64,000 nt of DNA from Candidatus Eiseniibacteriota bacterium (GCA_963707915.1 OY970178.1:576001-640000), one strand, 5' to 3'. Positions 28,477 to 39,992 are shown, counted from the first letter of the stretch. Notes: generated by a model from the sequence alone, not told the origin. Made by a program: numbers and translations.

Positions 28477-29490
28477 GTGGCCCGCAAGACGCTTCGTATC
28501 GGGCTGGTCGGCGTCGGCGCCGCGGCCCAGATCAACCACATCCCGGCGCTGAAGAGGGTCGAGGATTTCGAGCTGGTGGCGCTCTGCGATCGCGACGCCG
28601 AGAAGGGCGCGCGCGTGGCGCAGAAGTTCCAGGTCCCGCGATCGTACGCCCGCATCGAGGAGCTGCTCAGCGACGAGGACGTGGACGTCGTGGACCTGTG
28701 CACGCCCAACTACCTGCACGCGCCCATGGCGGTCGCGGCGCTGGAGGCCGGCAAGCACGTGTTCTGCGAGCGGCCGCTGTCGCGCAGCGCGGACGAGGCC
28801 GCGGCCATGGTGAAGGCGGCGAAGAAGCACGAGCGCGTCGTCATGTGCTCGGTGCAGCACCGCTTCCGCCCGGACGCCCAGTTGCTGCGCAAGTTCATCG
28901 AGAAGGGCGACCTCGGGGAGATCTTCTTCGTCAAGGCGGGGTGGCTGCGCCAGCGCACGCACTGGGACTCCGACGAGTGGCGCCGGCAGAAGCGGGAGTC
29001 GGGCGGCGGCGTGATCCTCGACCTCGGCTTCCAGATGCTCGACCAGGCGCTCTGGATCCTGGGCTGCCCGAAGGTGGAATCGGTGACCGCGAGCCTGCAC
29101 CGGGCCCGCAAGGGCGAGGTCGAGGACAACGCGATCGCGTTCTTCCGCCTGGCCTCCGGGGCGACCCTCACGCTCGAGGTCACCTGGGGCCTGCTGATGG
29201 AGAAGGACTTCGCTTACGTGAACCTGTTCGGCTCGGGCGGCGCGGCGCTGCTCAACCCGCTGCGGATCCACAAGGGCATGCACGGCACGCTGGTGAACGT
29301 GACCCCGCAGGTCGACACCTCGCGTTTCCAGTACAAGGCCTCGATGGAGGCGCAGTTCGCCCATTTCGCCGACGCGCTGCGCAAGGGCGGCCGGCCGATG
29401 GGCGCGGCGGAGGAGATCCTGCCCGTCATGGAGATGCTGGACGCGGTCTACCGGTCGGCCGAGCAGGGCAAGGAGGTCCGACTCGTCTAG
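28477..29490 (+). CDS. Gfo/Idh/MocA-family oxidoreductase
   Basis: IGLVGVG, CTPNYLH, AGKHVFCERP, SGGGVILDLG. Confidence 0.92.
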   Translation: MARKTLRIGLVGVGAAAQINHIPALKRVEDFELVALCDRDAEKGARVAQKFQVPRSYARIEELLSDEDVDVVDLCTPNYLHAPMAVAALEAGKHVFCERPLSRSADEAAAMVKAAKKHERVVMCSVQHRFRPDAQLLRKFIEKGDLGEIFFVKAGWLRQRTHWDSDEWRRQKRESGGGVILDLGFQMLDQALWILGCPKVESVTASLHRARKGEVEDNAIAFFRLASGATLTLEVTWGLLMEKDFAYVNLFGSGGAALLNPLRIHKGMHGTLVNVTPQVDTSRFQYKASMEAQFAHFADALRKGGRPMGAAEEILPVMEMLDAVYRSAEQGKEVRLV

Positions 29491-29515
29491 GTCCGGGGGA
29501 TCTCGGGAGCGCGCG

Positions 29516-31057
29516 CTGGCGATCGTCTCGGGCATCCTGCTCGGGGCCGCCTTTCTGCCACGCGTGCCGGGCTTCGTCGCGTGGGGGGCGCTGGTCCCCC
29601 TGCTCGTCGCGCTGGAGCTCCGCGCGCGACGCTCGGCCCCGGCCGGGGCGTTGTTCCGGCTGGGCTGGCTCTTCGGGTTCGTCTTCTTCCTGATCGGGAT
29701 GCACTGGATCGGGCTGCTCTCGGACGTGGCGATCACGGTGCCGTGGCTGAAGTACCCGGCGTGGATCCTGGCGGCCGCGTACCTCGCGGTCTACGGGGGG
29801 CTCGTGACGCTGGTCGCCGGCGTGCTCGCCCGACCGGCGGGCCCTCGTTGGCGGGGCACGGCCCGGGTGCCGCTGGCGCTCGCCTTCCCGGTCGTCTTCC
29901 TGTGCGTGGAGGAGCTGCGCGCGTCGGGTGAGATGGGCTTCCCGTGGTTCCAGCCGGGCTACACGCAGCACGCCTACGTGCCGCTGCTGCAACTCGCGAG
30001 CCTGGGAAGTGTGAGCCTCGTGACCCTCTGGGTGCTGGCGCTGAACGTGTTCCTGTGGCGCTCGCTCGCGGGACGCGCGCGGCTGCGCTCGGCGCTCGGC
30101 GCTCTCCTGCTGGTGCTCGTCCCGTGGTTCTGGGGGCAGCGCGTGCTGCAGGCCACCGCGGCGCCCGCCGCGGGCCCGGCCGCGGACCGGGTGGTGGCGC
30201 TGGTGCAGGGGAACGTGGCGGGGGAGATCAAGTGGTCGGGGAGGCACCAGCCCGAGATCCTGGCGACCTTCCTCCGGCTTTCGGGCGAAGCGGCGGGGCG
30301 CGTGCCGCGGCCGGTCCTGGCGATCTGGCCGGAGACCGCGACCGGGAGCTACCTGCGCAAGCAGCTCGACCAGGCGCTGGCGGTGGCCGGGTTCGCGGCG
30401 CGCACCGGCGTGCCGGTCTTCTCGGGCTACGCCGACTACGAGTGGGACCGGGACGGGCGGCAGCGCTCCTACAACGCGGCCGGCCTGTTCGCGACCGACG
30501 GGTCGCTCGGAACGGCCTACGCGAAGCGGCACCTCGTGCCGTTCGGCGAGCGCATGCCGTTCCAGCGCCTGCTCCCGTGGCTCGGCCGCCTCGAGTTCGG
30601 ACAGGCGGAGTGGACCCCGGGCGAGCGGACGGTGCTGTTCCCGTCCCCGCCCGGCCCGTTCAGCTGCCTGGTGTGCTTCGAGGCGATCTTCCCGGACCTG
30701 GCGCGTTCCGACGTCCGCGCGGGGGCGCGCTGGCTGGTCAACATCACGAACGACGAGTGGTTCGGGAACAGCGCGGCGCTCTACCAGCACGCGGCGATGT
30801 CGGTGTTCCGCGCGGTGGAGAACCGGGTCCCGCTGGCGCGTTGCGCGAACACCGGCCTGACGCTGGTGGCGGACGCCAACGGCCGGGTGGTCGCGACGCT
30901 GCCGGTGTTCGCGCCCGGGGTGCTGGTGACGGAGCTCCCGCGCGCCGGCACGGTCGGGTTCCCGACCCCGTACACGCGCTTCGGCGACTGGCCGGGGGTG
31001 GTGGGCCTGCTGGCGCTCGCCGGGATCGCGGTGCGCGCCCGGGTGCGATCGCGATGA
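29516..31057 (+). CDS. lnt: Apolipoprotein N-acyltransferase (start uncertain; CTG 29516 or GTG 29564)
   Basis: GFPW, VQGN, WPETA, YAKRHLVPFGE, VCFEAIF, NDEWFG, RAVEN, RCANTG. Confidence 0.93.
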   Translation: MAIVSGILLGAAFLPRVPGFVAWGALVPLLVALELRARRSAPAGALFRLGWLFGFVFFLIGMHWIGLLSDVAITVPWLKYPAWILAAAYLAVYGGLVTLVAGVLARPAGPRWRGTARVPLALAFPVVFLCVEELRASGEMGFPWFQPGYTQHAYVPLLQLASLGSVSLVTLWVLALNVFLWRSLAGRARLRSALGALLLVLVPWFWGQRVLQATAAPAAGPAADRVVALVQGNVAGEIKWSGRHQPEILATFLRLSGEAAGRVPRPVLAIWPETATGSYLRKQLDQALAVAGFAARTGVPVFSGYADYEWDRDGRQRSYNAAGLFATDGSLGTAYAKRHLVPFGERMPFQRLLPWLGRLEFGQAEWTPGERTVLFPSPPGPFSCLVCFEAIFPDLARSDVRAGARWLVNITNDEWFGNSAALYQHAAMSVFRAVENRVPLARCANTGLTLVADANGRVVATLPVFAPGVLVTELPRAGTVGFPTPYTRFGDWPGVVGLLALAGIAVRARVRSR

Positions 31058-32088
31058 GCCTGCGCCTCGGCATCCTGGGGGCGACGGGGCTGGTGGGCCG
31101 CACCATGCTCGCCCTGCTGGAGGAGCGCAGCTTCCCGGCGGACGAGCCGCGCCTGCTGGCCAGCGGTCGCTCCGACGAGCGCACCCTGGACTTCCGCGGG
31201 CGGGCGAGGCCGGTCGTGCCGGTCTCCGCGGAGGCCCTCGCCGGGCTGGACGTCGTGCTCTCGGCGGTGTCGAACCCGCTGGCCCTGGAATGGGTGCCGG
31301 TGGCGCGGGCGGCGGGCGCGGTGGTCGTGGACAACAGCAGCGCCTACCGCTACGACGCGGACGTGCCGCTGGTGGTCCCGGAGGTGAACGGCGACCTGCT
31401 GGCGGAGCGCCCCGGGCTGGTGGCGAACCCCAACTGTTCCACCATCGGGATCGTGATGGCCCTGGCGCCGCTGGCGCGCGTGGCGCGGCTGCTCCAGGTG
31501 GTGGTCTCGACCTACCAGTCGGTCTCGGGCGCCGGATCGGAGGCGATCGCGGAGCTCGAGCGCGGCGTGCGGGCCGGGCTCGACGGCGATCCACCCGCGC
31601 GCGGTGACGGGGCGCCGCCGTTCGCCTTCAACTGCATCCCGCGGATCGACCGCTTCGAGGCGAACGGGTACACGCGCGAGGAGATGAAGGTGGTGTGGGA
31701 GACGCGCAAGATCCTCGGGTTGCCGACGCTGCCCGTGGTCTGCACGGCGGTGCGGGTGCCGGTGAGGGTCGGCCACGGCGCGGCGGTGCACGCCGTGTTC
31801 GACCGTCCGATCGCGCCGGCGGAGGCGCGGTCGAGGTGGGCGTTGTTCCCGGGGCTGGAAGTGGCGGACGATCCGGCGCGCGATCTCTATCCGACGCCGC
31901 TGGCCGCGGCCGGCCGCGACGCGGTGCTGGTGGGACGGGCCCGGGCGGACCTCGACGACGCGCGCGGGCTCGAGTTCTTCACCTGCTCGGACAACCTGCG
32001 CAAGGGGGCGGCGCTCAACGCCGTGCAGATCGCCGAACGCTGGTTCGGGGTCGCTCCGCGGGGGCCGGGCGAGGTCCGGCGCCCATGA
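31054..32088 (+). CDS. asd: Aspartate-semialdehyde dehydrogenase
   Basis: GATGLVG, DNSSAYR, ANPNCST, STYQSVSGAG, DNLRKGAALNAVQIAE. Confidence 0.95.
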   Translation: MSLRLGILGATGLVGRTMLALLEERSFPADEPRLLASGRSDERTLDFRGRARPVVPVSAEALAGLDVVLSAVSNPLALEWVPVARAAGAVVVDNSSAYRYDADVPLVVPEVNGDLLAERPGLVANPNCSTIGIVMALAPLARVARLLQVVVSTYQSVSGAGSEAIAELERGVRAGLDGDPPARGDGAPPFAFNCIPRIDRFEANGYTREEMKVVWETRKILGLPTLPVVCTAVRVPVRVGHGAAVHAVFDRPIAPAEARSRWALFPGLEVADDPARDLYPTPLAAAGRDAVLVGRARADLDDARGLEFFTCSDNLRKGAALNAVQIAERWFGVAPRGPGEVRRP

Positions 32089-32807
32089 CGCCGGGGGAGC
32101 GGATGGCGCCGCTGTTGCTGGGCGCCCTGGCCGGATCGCTGGTGGCGGGGCGGCTGGCGACGGCCATCGGCTGCCTGGCGCTGGCGGCGACCTGCGGCGC
32201 GCTCGCGGGGGCGCGCTGGCCGCGGCCGGCGGCGTTGCGGCTGGTGGGCATCGGCATGGCGGTGGCCGTGGTGCTGAACACGCTGCTGGTGAGCGGCCGG
32301 CCGCTGGGCGAGGTGCCGCACGCGAGCGTCGCGGGCCTCCGCCTGGGCGCCCTGCTGGCGCTGCGTCTCGCCGGGGCCGCCGCGGCGGTGCACGGGCTGG
32401 CCGCGGCCTGGCCGGGTGAGCGCGCCGCCGACGAGCTGGCGCGCCTGTTGACCCCGCTGGAGCGCGTGCGCGTGCCGGTGCGCGACGCCCGCGCCGTGCT
32501 GGGGCTGGCGGTGCGCTTCGTCCCGCTGCTGGCGGGCGAGGGGGCGCGCATCGCCCGCGTCCAGGCGCTGCGGGCGGGCGGGCCTCCGCGGGGCTGGCGT
32601 GAGCGCTTCACGCGCCGGCGCGCGGTCGTCGTCCCGGTGATGGTGAACGCCCTCGAGCGCGCGGAGCGCGTGAGCCTCGCGCTCGAGGCCCGGCACCACC
32701 GCCTGCGGCGGGTGCCGCCGGCCGCGGCGCCCGGCCCGGTCGGGAACTGGGCGTGGGCGCTCGCGGGGCTCGCGGTGGCGGTGACCAGCCTGGTGTTGCG
32801 GGGCTGA
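32085..32807 (+). CDS. EcfT/CbiQ-like ECF transporter T component
   Basis: Hydrophobic N-terminus; LAVRFVPLL.E..RI..VQALR, LALEAR motifs; precedes truA. Confidence 0.75.
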   Translation: MTPGERMAPLLLGALAGSLVAGRLATAIGCLALAATCGALAGARWPRPAALRLVGIGMAVAVVLNTLLVSGRPLGEVPHASVAGLRLGALLALRLAGAAAAVHGLAAAWPGERAADELARLLTPLERVRVPVRDARAVLGLAVRFVPLLAGEGARIARVQALRAGGPPRGWRERFTRRRAVVVPVMVNALERAERVSLALEARHHRLRRVPPAAAPGPVGNWAWALAGLAVAVTSLVLRG

Positions 32808-33550
32808 ATGGAGAACTATCGGCTGCAGGTCGCCTACGACGGCACGGACTTCCATGGCTGGCAGCGGCAGCCGGAGTGCCGCACGGTGCAGGGTGTGCTC
32901 GAGGCAGAACTGGCGGCGCTGCTGGGGGCGGACGAGGTCGTGCTGCGGGGCGCGGGGCGGACGGACGCGGGCGTTCACGCCCGCGGGCAGGTGGCGTCGT
33001 TCCGCGCGCGGACGCCGATCCCGGGCGCCGCGCTGAAGCACGCGCTCGGCCCCCGGCTGCCGCGGGACGTGCGCGTGCTGTCCTCGGCGGCGGTGCCGGA
33101 CGATTTCGACGCGCGCCGCTCCGCCGTGGCGCGGCGGTATTCGTACCGCCTGCTGGGCGCGGAGGACCCGCTGGAGGAGCGGTTCGCCTGGCGACCCCGG
33201 CGCTGGCCGGAGATCGCGGCGCTGGAAGCGGCCACGCGCGCCCTGGAGGGCCGGCAGGATTTCTCGTCGTTCCGGTCGACGGGGAGCTCGGAGACGAACC
33301 CGGTGTGCGACGTCGCGCGCGCGCGCTGGGTGCGCTGGGAGAAGGGACTCCGGTTCGAGATCGTGGCGGACCACTTCCTCTACCGCATGGTGCGCAGCAT
33401 CGTGGGCACGGCGCTGGAGGCTTGTGGCGGCACCGATCCGGCGGGCCGGATGCTCGCGGTGATCGAGGCGCTGGACCGTTCGGCGGCGGGGCCGACCGCG
33501 CCGGCGCATGGACTCTGCCTGGAAGAGGTCACGTATCCGGAGGTGACGTC

Positions 33551-33554
<4 letters not shown>
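32808..33554 (+). CDS. truA: tRNA pseudouridine(38-40) synthase
   Basis: YDGTDFHGWQRQ, GRTDAGVHA, FLYRMVR, TAPAHGL. Confidence 0.96.
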
Positions 33555-34714
<1,160 letters not shown>

Positions 34715-34773
34715 GCGCGGTTCCGTACGCCCGCTGACGCCGGCATCCGGGGCCCCGCCGGCGCCGGCCTGCC

Positions 34774-34802
34774 TTGACGCCCCGGCGGCGGCTCCCTAGA
34801 GT
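34774..34802 (+). promoter_or_regulatory. sigma70-type promoter TTGACG-N17-TAGAGT upstream of lysS
   Basis: Hexamers at 17-nt spacing. Confidence 0.65.
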
Positions 34803-34855
34803 CGCCCGGCTTCCCCGTACCCCCGAGTGGCCCGGATCGGCCCAGGAGAGTCCCC

Positions 34856-36391
34856 GTGTCCCTGCGCGAACTGATGCGCCAGCGCGAAGAGAAGCTCGCC
34901 CAGTGGCGGGCGCTGGGGGTGGAGCCGTACGCCTACCGCTACGAGCCCACGCATCATGCGGCGGAGGTCCTGGCCTGGGGCGAGGCGGTCACCCAGGAGC
35001 CCGGCCGGCGGGTGTGCGTGGCCGGGCGGATCGTCGCCCTGCGCGGTCACGGCAAGGCCGGTTTCGCGCACCTGCTCGACGGCAGCGGGCGGCTGCAGCT
35101 CTACTTCCGGGCGGACGCGCTGGGGGAGGGCTTCCGGCGCTACGAGCTGCTGGACGTCGGCGACTGGGTCGGCGTGGAGGGGGCGGTGTTCCGCACCCGG
35201 ACCGGCGAGATCACCGTGAAGGTCGAGGCGGTGGAGTTGCTGGCCAAGTCCATCCGGCCGCTGCCCGAGAAGTGGCACGGGCTCCGGGACCCGGAGACCC
35301 GCTTCCGGCAGCGTTACGCCGACCTCTTCACCAACCTGGAGGTGCGCGAGGTGTTCCGCCGCCGCGCGCGCCTGGTCTCGGCGATCCGCGGCTTCCTCGA
35401 CGGCCGGGAGTACCTCGAGGTCGAGACGCCGGTGCTGCAGCCGCTCTACGGCGGCGCCTTCGCGCGCCCCTTCGTGACCGAGCACCACGCGCTGGGGATG
35501 CAGCTGTACCTGCGCATCTCCGACGAGCTGTACCTAAAGCGGCTGATCGTGGGCGGGCTCGAGCGGGTCTACGAGTTCTCGCGGGACTTCCGCAACGAGG
35601 GGATGGACCGCTCGCACAATCCCGAGTTCACGCTGCTGGAGTACTACCAGGCCTTCGCCGACGTGCACGACATGATGACCCTCACCGAGGAGCTCGTCGG
35701 GCACGCGGTGAAGGCCGCGACCGGCGGGCTGGAGGTCGCCTGGCAGGGGCAGAGCCTCGACTTCGCCGCGCCCTGGCCGCGCGTCTCGATGCTGGACGAG
35801 GTGGGGCGCGTGGTGGGCGAGGACGTCTCCGCGCTGGACCCGGCGCAGCTGGGACGGCTGGCCGCGACGCGCGGCATCGCGACGCGTCCCGGCACCGGGG
35901 CCGGCGGGCTGCTGGACGCGCTCTTCAGCGAGCTGGTCCAGCCGGGCCTGGTGCGCCCGTGCTTCGTCGTGGACTTCCCGGTCGAGACTTCGCCGCTGGC
36001 GCGGGTGAGCCGGGTCCGCCCGGGCGTGGTCGAGCGCTTCGAGGTCTACGTGGGCGGCATGGAGCTGGCGAACGCGTTCTCCGAGCAGAACGACCCGGCC
36101 GCCCAGCGGGCGGCCTTCGAGGCGCAGATGAGCCGGCGCGCGGCGGGGGACGACGAGGCGCAGGTCATGGACCACGACTACGTCCGGGCGCTCGAGTACG
36201 GCATGCCCCCCACCGGCGGCGTGGGGATCGGCGTGGACCGCCTCGCGATGCTGGTCACCGACTCGCGCACCATCCGCGACGTCATCCTCTTCCCGCAACT
36301 GGGGCCCGAAGAGGGGCTGGGCCAGGCCGGCGACGAGGACGAGGAGCCCGCTTCGCACGAGGGTGCCCCGGGAACGGCCGGGCCGAAGTGA
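34856..36391 (+). CDS. lysS: Lysine--tRNA ligase (class II)
   Basis: LPEKWHGL, GGAFARPF, YLKRLIVGG, FRNEG, HNPEFT, YGMPPTGG.GIG.DRL. Confidence 0.97.
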   Translation: MSLRELMRQREEKLAQWRALGVEPYAYRYEPTHHAAEVLAWGEAVTQEPGRRVCVAGRIVALRGHGKAGFAHLLDGSGRLQLYFRADALGEGFRRYELLDVGDWVGVEGAVFRTRTGEITVKVEAVELLAKSIRPLPEKWHGLRDPETRFRQRYADLFTNLEVREVFRRRARLVSAIRGFLDGREYLEVETPVLQPLYGGAFARPFVTEHHALGMQLYLRISDELYLKRLIVGGLERVYEFSRDFRNEGMDRSHNPEFTLLEYYQAFADVHDMMTLTEELVGHAVKAATGGLEVAWQGQSLDFAAPWPRVSMLDEVGRVVGEDVSALDPAQLGRLAATRGIATRPGTGAGGLLDALFSELVQPGLVRPCFVVDFPVETSPLARVSRVRPGVVERFEVYVGGMELANAFSEQNDPAAQRAAFEAQMSRRAAGDDEAQVMDHDYVRALEYGMPPTGGVGIGVDRLAMLVTDSRTIRDVILFPQLGPEEGLGQAGDEDEEPASHEGAPGTAGPK

Positions 36392-37626
36392 GGCTTCCGC
36401 TGTGGATCGCCGTGCGCTACCTGCGCACGCGGCGGCAGAGCGGGTTCATCACCCTGCTGACCGGCATCTCGGTGGGCGGCGTGGCCGTCGGCGTGACCGC
36501 GTTGCTCACGGTGCTCGCGGTGATGAACGGCTTCGAGAACGAGGTCCAGACGCGCATCGCCGGCACCGACGCGCACATCGTGCTGCTGGGGGAGACGGCC
36601 GCGGGAGTCACGGGGGCCGGCCCGCTCGCGGCCGAGGTGGCCCGGCAGCCCGGCGTGGAGGGCGTCGCGCCGTTCACCTACGCCAAGGCGATGGTCTTCC
36701 ACGAGGGCTTCACCGAGGGGCTCATCGTGAAGGGCGTGGACCTGGCGGCGGAGCGCGGGGTGACCAGCGTGGGACGCAACATCCGGCCGGCCCTCGATTC
36801 GATCCCGGTCCTCACCGCGGGCGGCTTCCCGGGCATCGTGCTGGGCAACGAGCTGGCGGGCCGTCTCGCCGCGCGGGTCGGCGACCGCGTGGTGCTGGCG
36901 ATGCTGAGCGGGGGCGGCGCTTCGCCGCTCGGGTTCACGCCGCGGCTCAAGGAGTTCCGCGTGGTCGGAGTGTTCACCTCGGGGCTGTACACCTACGACT
37001 CGAGCCTGGGGTTCACGTCCATCCCGGCCTCGCAGGCGTTCTTCCAGATGGGGGACGCCGTGACCGGAATCGAGGTGCGGATCACCGACATGTTCGAGGC
37101 GCCCCGCGTGGCCGGCGAGCTGCTGCTGGCGGTGCGGCGGCCGGGGCTGCGTGCCAACAACTGGATCGAGCTCAACCGGAACCTGTTCACCTGGATGAAG
37201 CTCGAGAAGACCGTGATGTTCCTGATCCTCGCCCTGGTCGTGCTGGTGGCGGCCTTCAACATCGTCAGCACGCTCTTCATGGTGGTCATGGAGAAGCGCC
37301 GCGACATCGGCGTGCTGCGCTCGCTCGGCGCCGGACGCGGCGTCGTGCTGCAGGTGTTCCTGGCCGAGGGGCTCCTGATCGGCGGCCTGGGGACGGGCCT
37401 GGGCGTGCTGCTGGGCTCGACGCTCATCGCCGTGCTCAAGCGCTACCCGTTCGTGCGGCTCCCCGGGGACGTCTACTTCATCGAGCGCCTCCCGGTGCGC
37501 CCGGAGGCCGGGGACTTCCTCTTCGTGATCCTGTCTGCGGTCGTGCTGTGCCTGGCCGCTGCGCTCTATCCGGCCTGGCGCGCCTCGCTGCTGGACCCGG
37601 TCGAAGCCATCCGCAAGCAGGCTTGA
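36388..37626 (+). CDS. lolE: Lipoprotein-releasing ABC permease LolC/E
   Basis: VLAVMNGF, VAAFNIVSTL, IGVLRSLGA, YPAWRAS.LDPVEA. Confidence 0.9.
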   Translation: MRLPLWIAVRYLRTRRQSGFITLLTGISVGGVAVGVTALLTVLAVMNGFENEVQTRIAGTDAHIVLLGETAAGVTGAGPLAAEVARQPGVEGVAPFTYAKAMVFHEGFTEGLIVKGVDLAAERGVTSVGRNIRPALDSIPVLTAGGFPGIVLGNELAGRLAARVGDRVVLAMLSGGGASPLGFTPRLKEFRVVGVFTSGLYTYDSSLGFTSIPASQAFFQMGDAVTGIEVRITDMFEAPRVAGELLLAVRRPGLRANNWIELNRNLFTWMKLEKTVMFLILALVVLVAAFNIVSTLFMVVMEKRRDIGVLRSLGAGRGVVLQVFLAEGLLIGGLGTGLGVLLGSTLIAVLKRYPFVRLPGDVYFIERLPVRPEAGDFLFVILSAVVLCLAAALYPAWRASLLDPVEAIRKQA

Positions 37627-37634
37627 GGGACGAC

Positions 37635-38360
37635 ATGAGCGGACCGGGCCAGGTTCCTGGGAACGAAGACGTTGCGGGTGCTGCGCCCGTGCTGGTCGCG
37701 CGCGGCATCGACAAGGGCTACGCGACCACCCGGGGCCGGCTCGAGGTCCTGAAGGGCGTGGACCTCGACGTCACGAGCGGCACCATCGTGGCCATCCTGG
37801 GGGCGTCGGGCTCGGGAAAGAGTACGTTGCTGAACATCCTCGGGACACTGGACCGGGCGGATGCAGGCATTGTGGAGGTCCGTGGCTGGCGGGTGGACCC
37901 GCTGCGGGACGAGGAACTCGCGAGCTTCCGTGCGCGGCACCTGGGCTTCGTCTTCCAGTTCCACCACCTGCTTCCGGAGTTCAGTGCGGAGGAGAACGTG
38001 ATGCTGCCGCTGCTCATCGCCGGGCAGGGTCCCGGGCCGGCCCGCGAGCGGGCCCAGGCGGCGCTGGCCGACGTGGGCCTGGCCGAGCGCTGGGACCATC
38101 GGCCGGCGCAGCTCTCGGGCGGCGAGGCCCAGCGCGTGGCGGTCGCGCGGGCGCTGGTGGCGGATCCGGAGCTGGTGCTGGCGGACGAGCCGTCGGGCAA
38201 CCTGGACCAGCGTTCGGCCGCGCAGTTGCACGAGCTCATCGCCTCGCTGGCCCGGGAGCGGCGGCAGACGTTTGTGGTGGTGACGCACAATGATAGGCTG
38301 GCCGCGATCGCCGACCGGGTGCTGACGCTCGAAGGCGGGCGGCTCACCGGCGGCTCGTAG
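37635..38360 (+). CDS. lolD: Lipoprotein-releasing ABC ATPase
   Basis: GASGSGKST, GFVFQFHHLLPEF, LSGGEAQR, ADEPSGNLD. Confidence 0.92.
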   Translation: MSGPGQVPGNEDVAGAAPVLVARGIDKGYATTRGRLEVLKGVDLDVTSGTIVAILGASGSGKSTLLNILGTLDRADAGIVEVRGWRVDPLRDEELASFRARHLGFVFQFHHLLPEFSAEENVMLPLLIAGQGPGPARERAQAALADVGLAERWDHRPAQLSGGEAQRVAVARALVADPELVLADEPSGNLDQRSAAQLHELIASLARERRQTFVVVTHNDRLAAIADRVLTLEGGRLTGGS

Positions 38361-38370
38361 AGGGACAGGG

Positions 38371-38895
38371 ATGCTCTGCCAGATCTGTGGGAAGAACCCG
38401 GCCACGGTCCACTTCACCGAGATCCACGACAACAAGATGTCGGAGATCCACGTGTGCGAGCGCTGCGCCGAGGAGAAGGGGCTGCACGCGACCTCGAAGA
38501 AGCAGCAGTTCGACATCGCGGACCTGCTGGTGAAGATGGTGGACGATTCCACCGGAACCGAGGAGGAGCGCGTCGGGAACGTGCAGTGCCCGCGCTGCGG
38601 ACTGCTCTACTCGGGCTTCAGCGAGACCGGGCGGCTCGGCTGCGCGGACTGCTATACCGCGTTCCAGTTCCAGCTGCGCCCGTTGCTCCGGCGGATCCAC
38701 GGGGACACGCGCCACCGCGGCAAGCGCCCGGTGGGCGAGGGGGAGGGGGCGACGCGCTTCCGCCAGATCCAGCGCCTCCACGACGAGCTGCAGCGGGTGG
38801 TCGAGCGCGAGGAGTTCGAGCGCGCGGCGGTCCTGCGCGACGAGATCCGCAAGCTGGAGGAAGAGACGCGCACGGCCGGGAAGGACAAGCCATGA
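38371..38895 (+). CDS. mcsA: Arginine kinase activator McsA
   Basis: Four CxxC motifs, GRLGCADCY, H.GK.P, UVR domain (EEFERAAVLRDEI). Confidence 0.93.
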   Translation: MLCQICGKNPATVHFTEIHDNKMSEIHVCERCAEEKGLHATSKKQQFDIADLLVKMVDDSTGTEEERVGNVQCPRCGLLYSGFSETGRLGCADCYTAFQFQLRPLLRRIHGDTRHRGKRPVGEGEGATRFRQIQRLHDELQRVVEREEFERAAVLRDEIRKLEEETRTAGKDKP

Positions 38896-39992
38896 GCGGC
38901 CCGGACCGCCCGCCCGCGGACTTCGACGAGCTGGTCGCGCGGCCGGCCCGCTGGCTCTCGGCCGAGGGCCCGCACGCCGACCTGGTGCTGTCGAGCCGCA
39001 TCCGGCTGGCCCGCAACCTGCGCAGCGTCCCGTTCACGCACCGGGCCCACGAGGAACAGCTCCAGGGCGTGCTGATGAGCGTGTCCGGCGCGGCGCAGCG
39101 CAGCGCGGCCCTCGCCGACGGCCTGCTGCTGCGGATGGCGGAGCTCGCGCCGCTCGACCGGCAGGTGCTGGTGGAGCGGCACCTGGTCAGCCACGAGCTG
39201 GGGGACGGGACCCGCCCGCGCGGCATCGTGGTCTCGAGCGACGAGCGGCTCTCGCTCATGATCAACGAGGAGGACCACCTGCGGCTGCAGGCGATCGCGC
39301 CGGGCTTCCAGCTGACCGAGGCGTGGGCCGCGGCCGACGCGGCCGACGACGAGCTGGACCAGTCGCTGGACTTCGCCTTCTCGGAGGAGATCGGCTACCT
39401 GACGGCCTGCCCGACGAACGCGGGGACCGGCCTGCGGGCCTCGGTGCTCATCCACCTGCCGGCCCTGGTGCTGCTCGACGAGATCCAGCGGGTGCTCAAG
39501 AGCATCACGCAGGTCGGCCTCAACGTGCGCGGGCTCTACGGCGAGCACAGCGACGTCATGGGCAACCTGTTCCAGATCTCGAACCAGACCACGCTGGGCC
39601 GCAGCGAGCGGGACTCGATCGAGATCCTGGACCGGGTGACGCGCCAGATCATCGAGACCGAGGAGCAGGCGCGCGAGCGGATGATCCGCGACGCGCGCGT
39701 CCAGATCGAGGACAAGGTGTGGCGGGCCTACGGGACGCTGCGCCACTGCCGGACCATCCACTCGCGCGAGGTCATCAATCTCTGCTCGGCGGTGCGGCTC
39801 GGCGTGGCCCTCCAGCTGTCCGGGCTGTGCCCGCTGCGCGTGATCAACGAGCTGCTGGTGCTGACGCAACCGGCGCACCTGCAGCGGGCTTACGGGGGCG
39901 AACTGAGCCCCGCCGAACGCAACGTCTACCGCGCCCAGCTCGTGCGCGAGCGGCTGGTCGCCGCCGAGCCCGGGCCCGGGCCGTCCGCCTAG
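38892..39992 (+). CDS. mcsB: Protein arginine kinase McsB
   Basis: SSRIRLARN, NEEDHLR, CPTNAGTGLRAS, RGLYGE, QISNQ.TLG. Confidence 0.95.
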   Translation: MSGPDRPPADFDELVARPARWLSAEGPHADLVLSSRIRLARNLRSVPFTHRAHEEQLQGVLMSVSGAAQRSAALADGLLLRMAELAPLDRQVLVERHLVSHELGDGTRPRGIVVSSDERLSLMINEEDHLRLQAIAPGFQLTEAWAAADAADDELDQSLDFAFSEEIGYLTACPTNAGTGLRASVLIHLPALVLLDEIQRVLKSITQVGLNVRGLYGEHSDVMGNLFQISNQTTLGRSERDSIEILDRVTRQIIETEEQARERMIRDARVQIEDKVWRAYGTLRHCRTIHSREVINLCSAVRLGVALQLSGLCPLRVINELLVLTQPAHLQRAYGGELSPAERNVYRAQLVRERLVAAEPGPGPSA

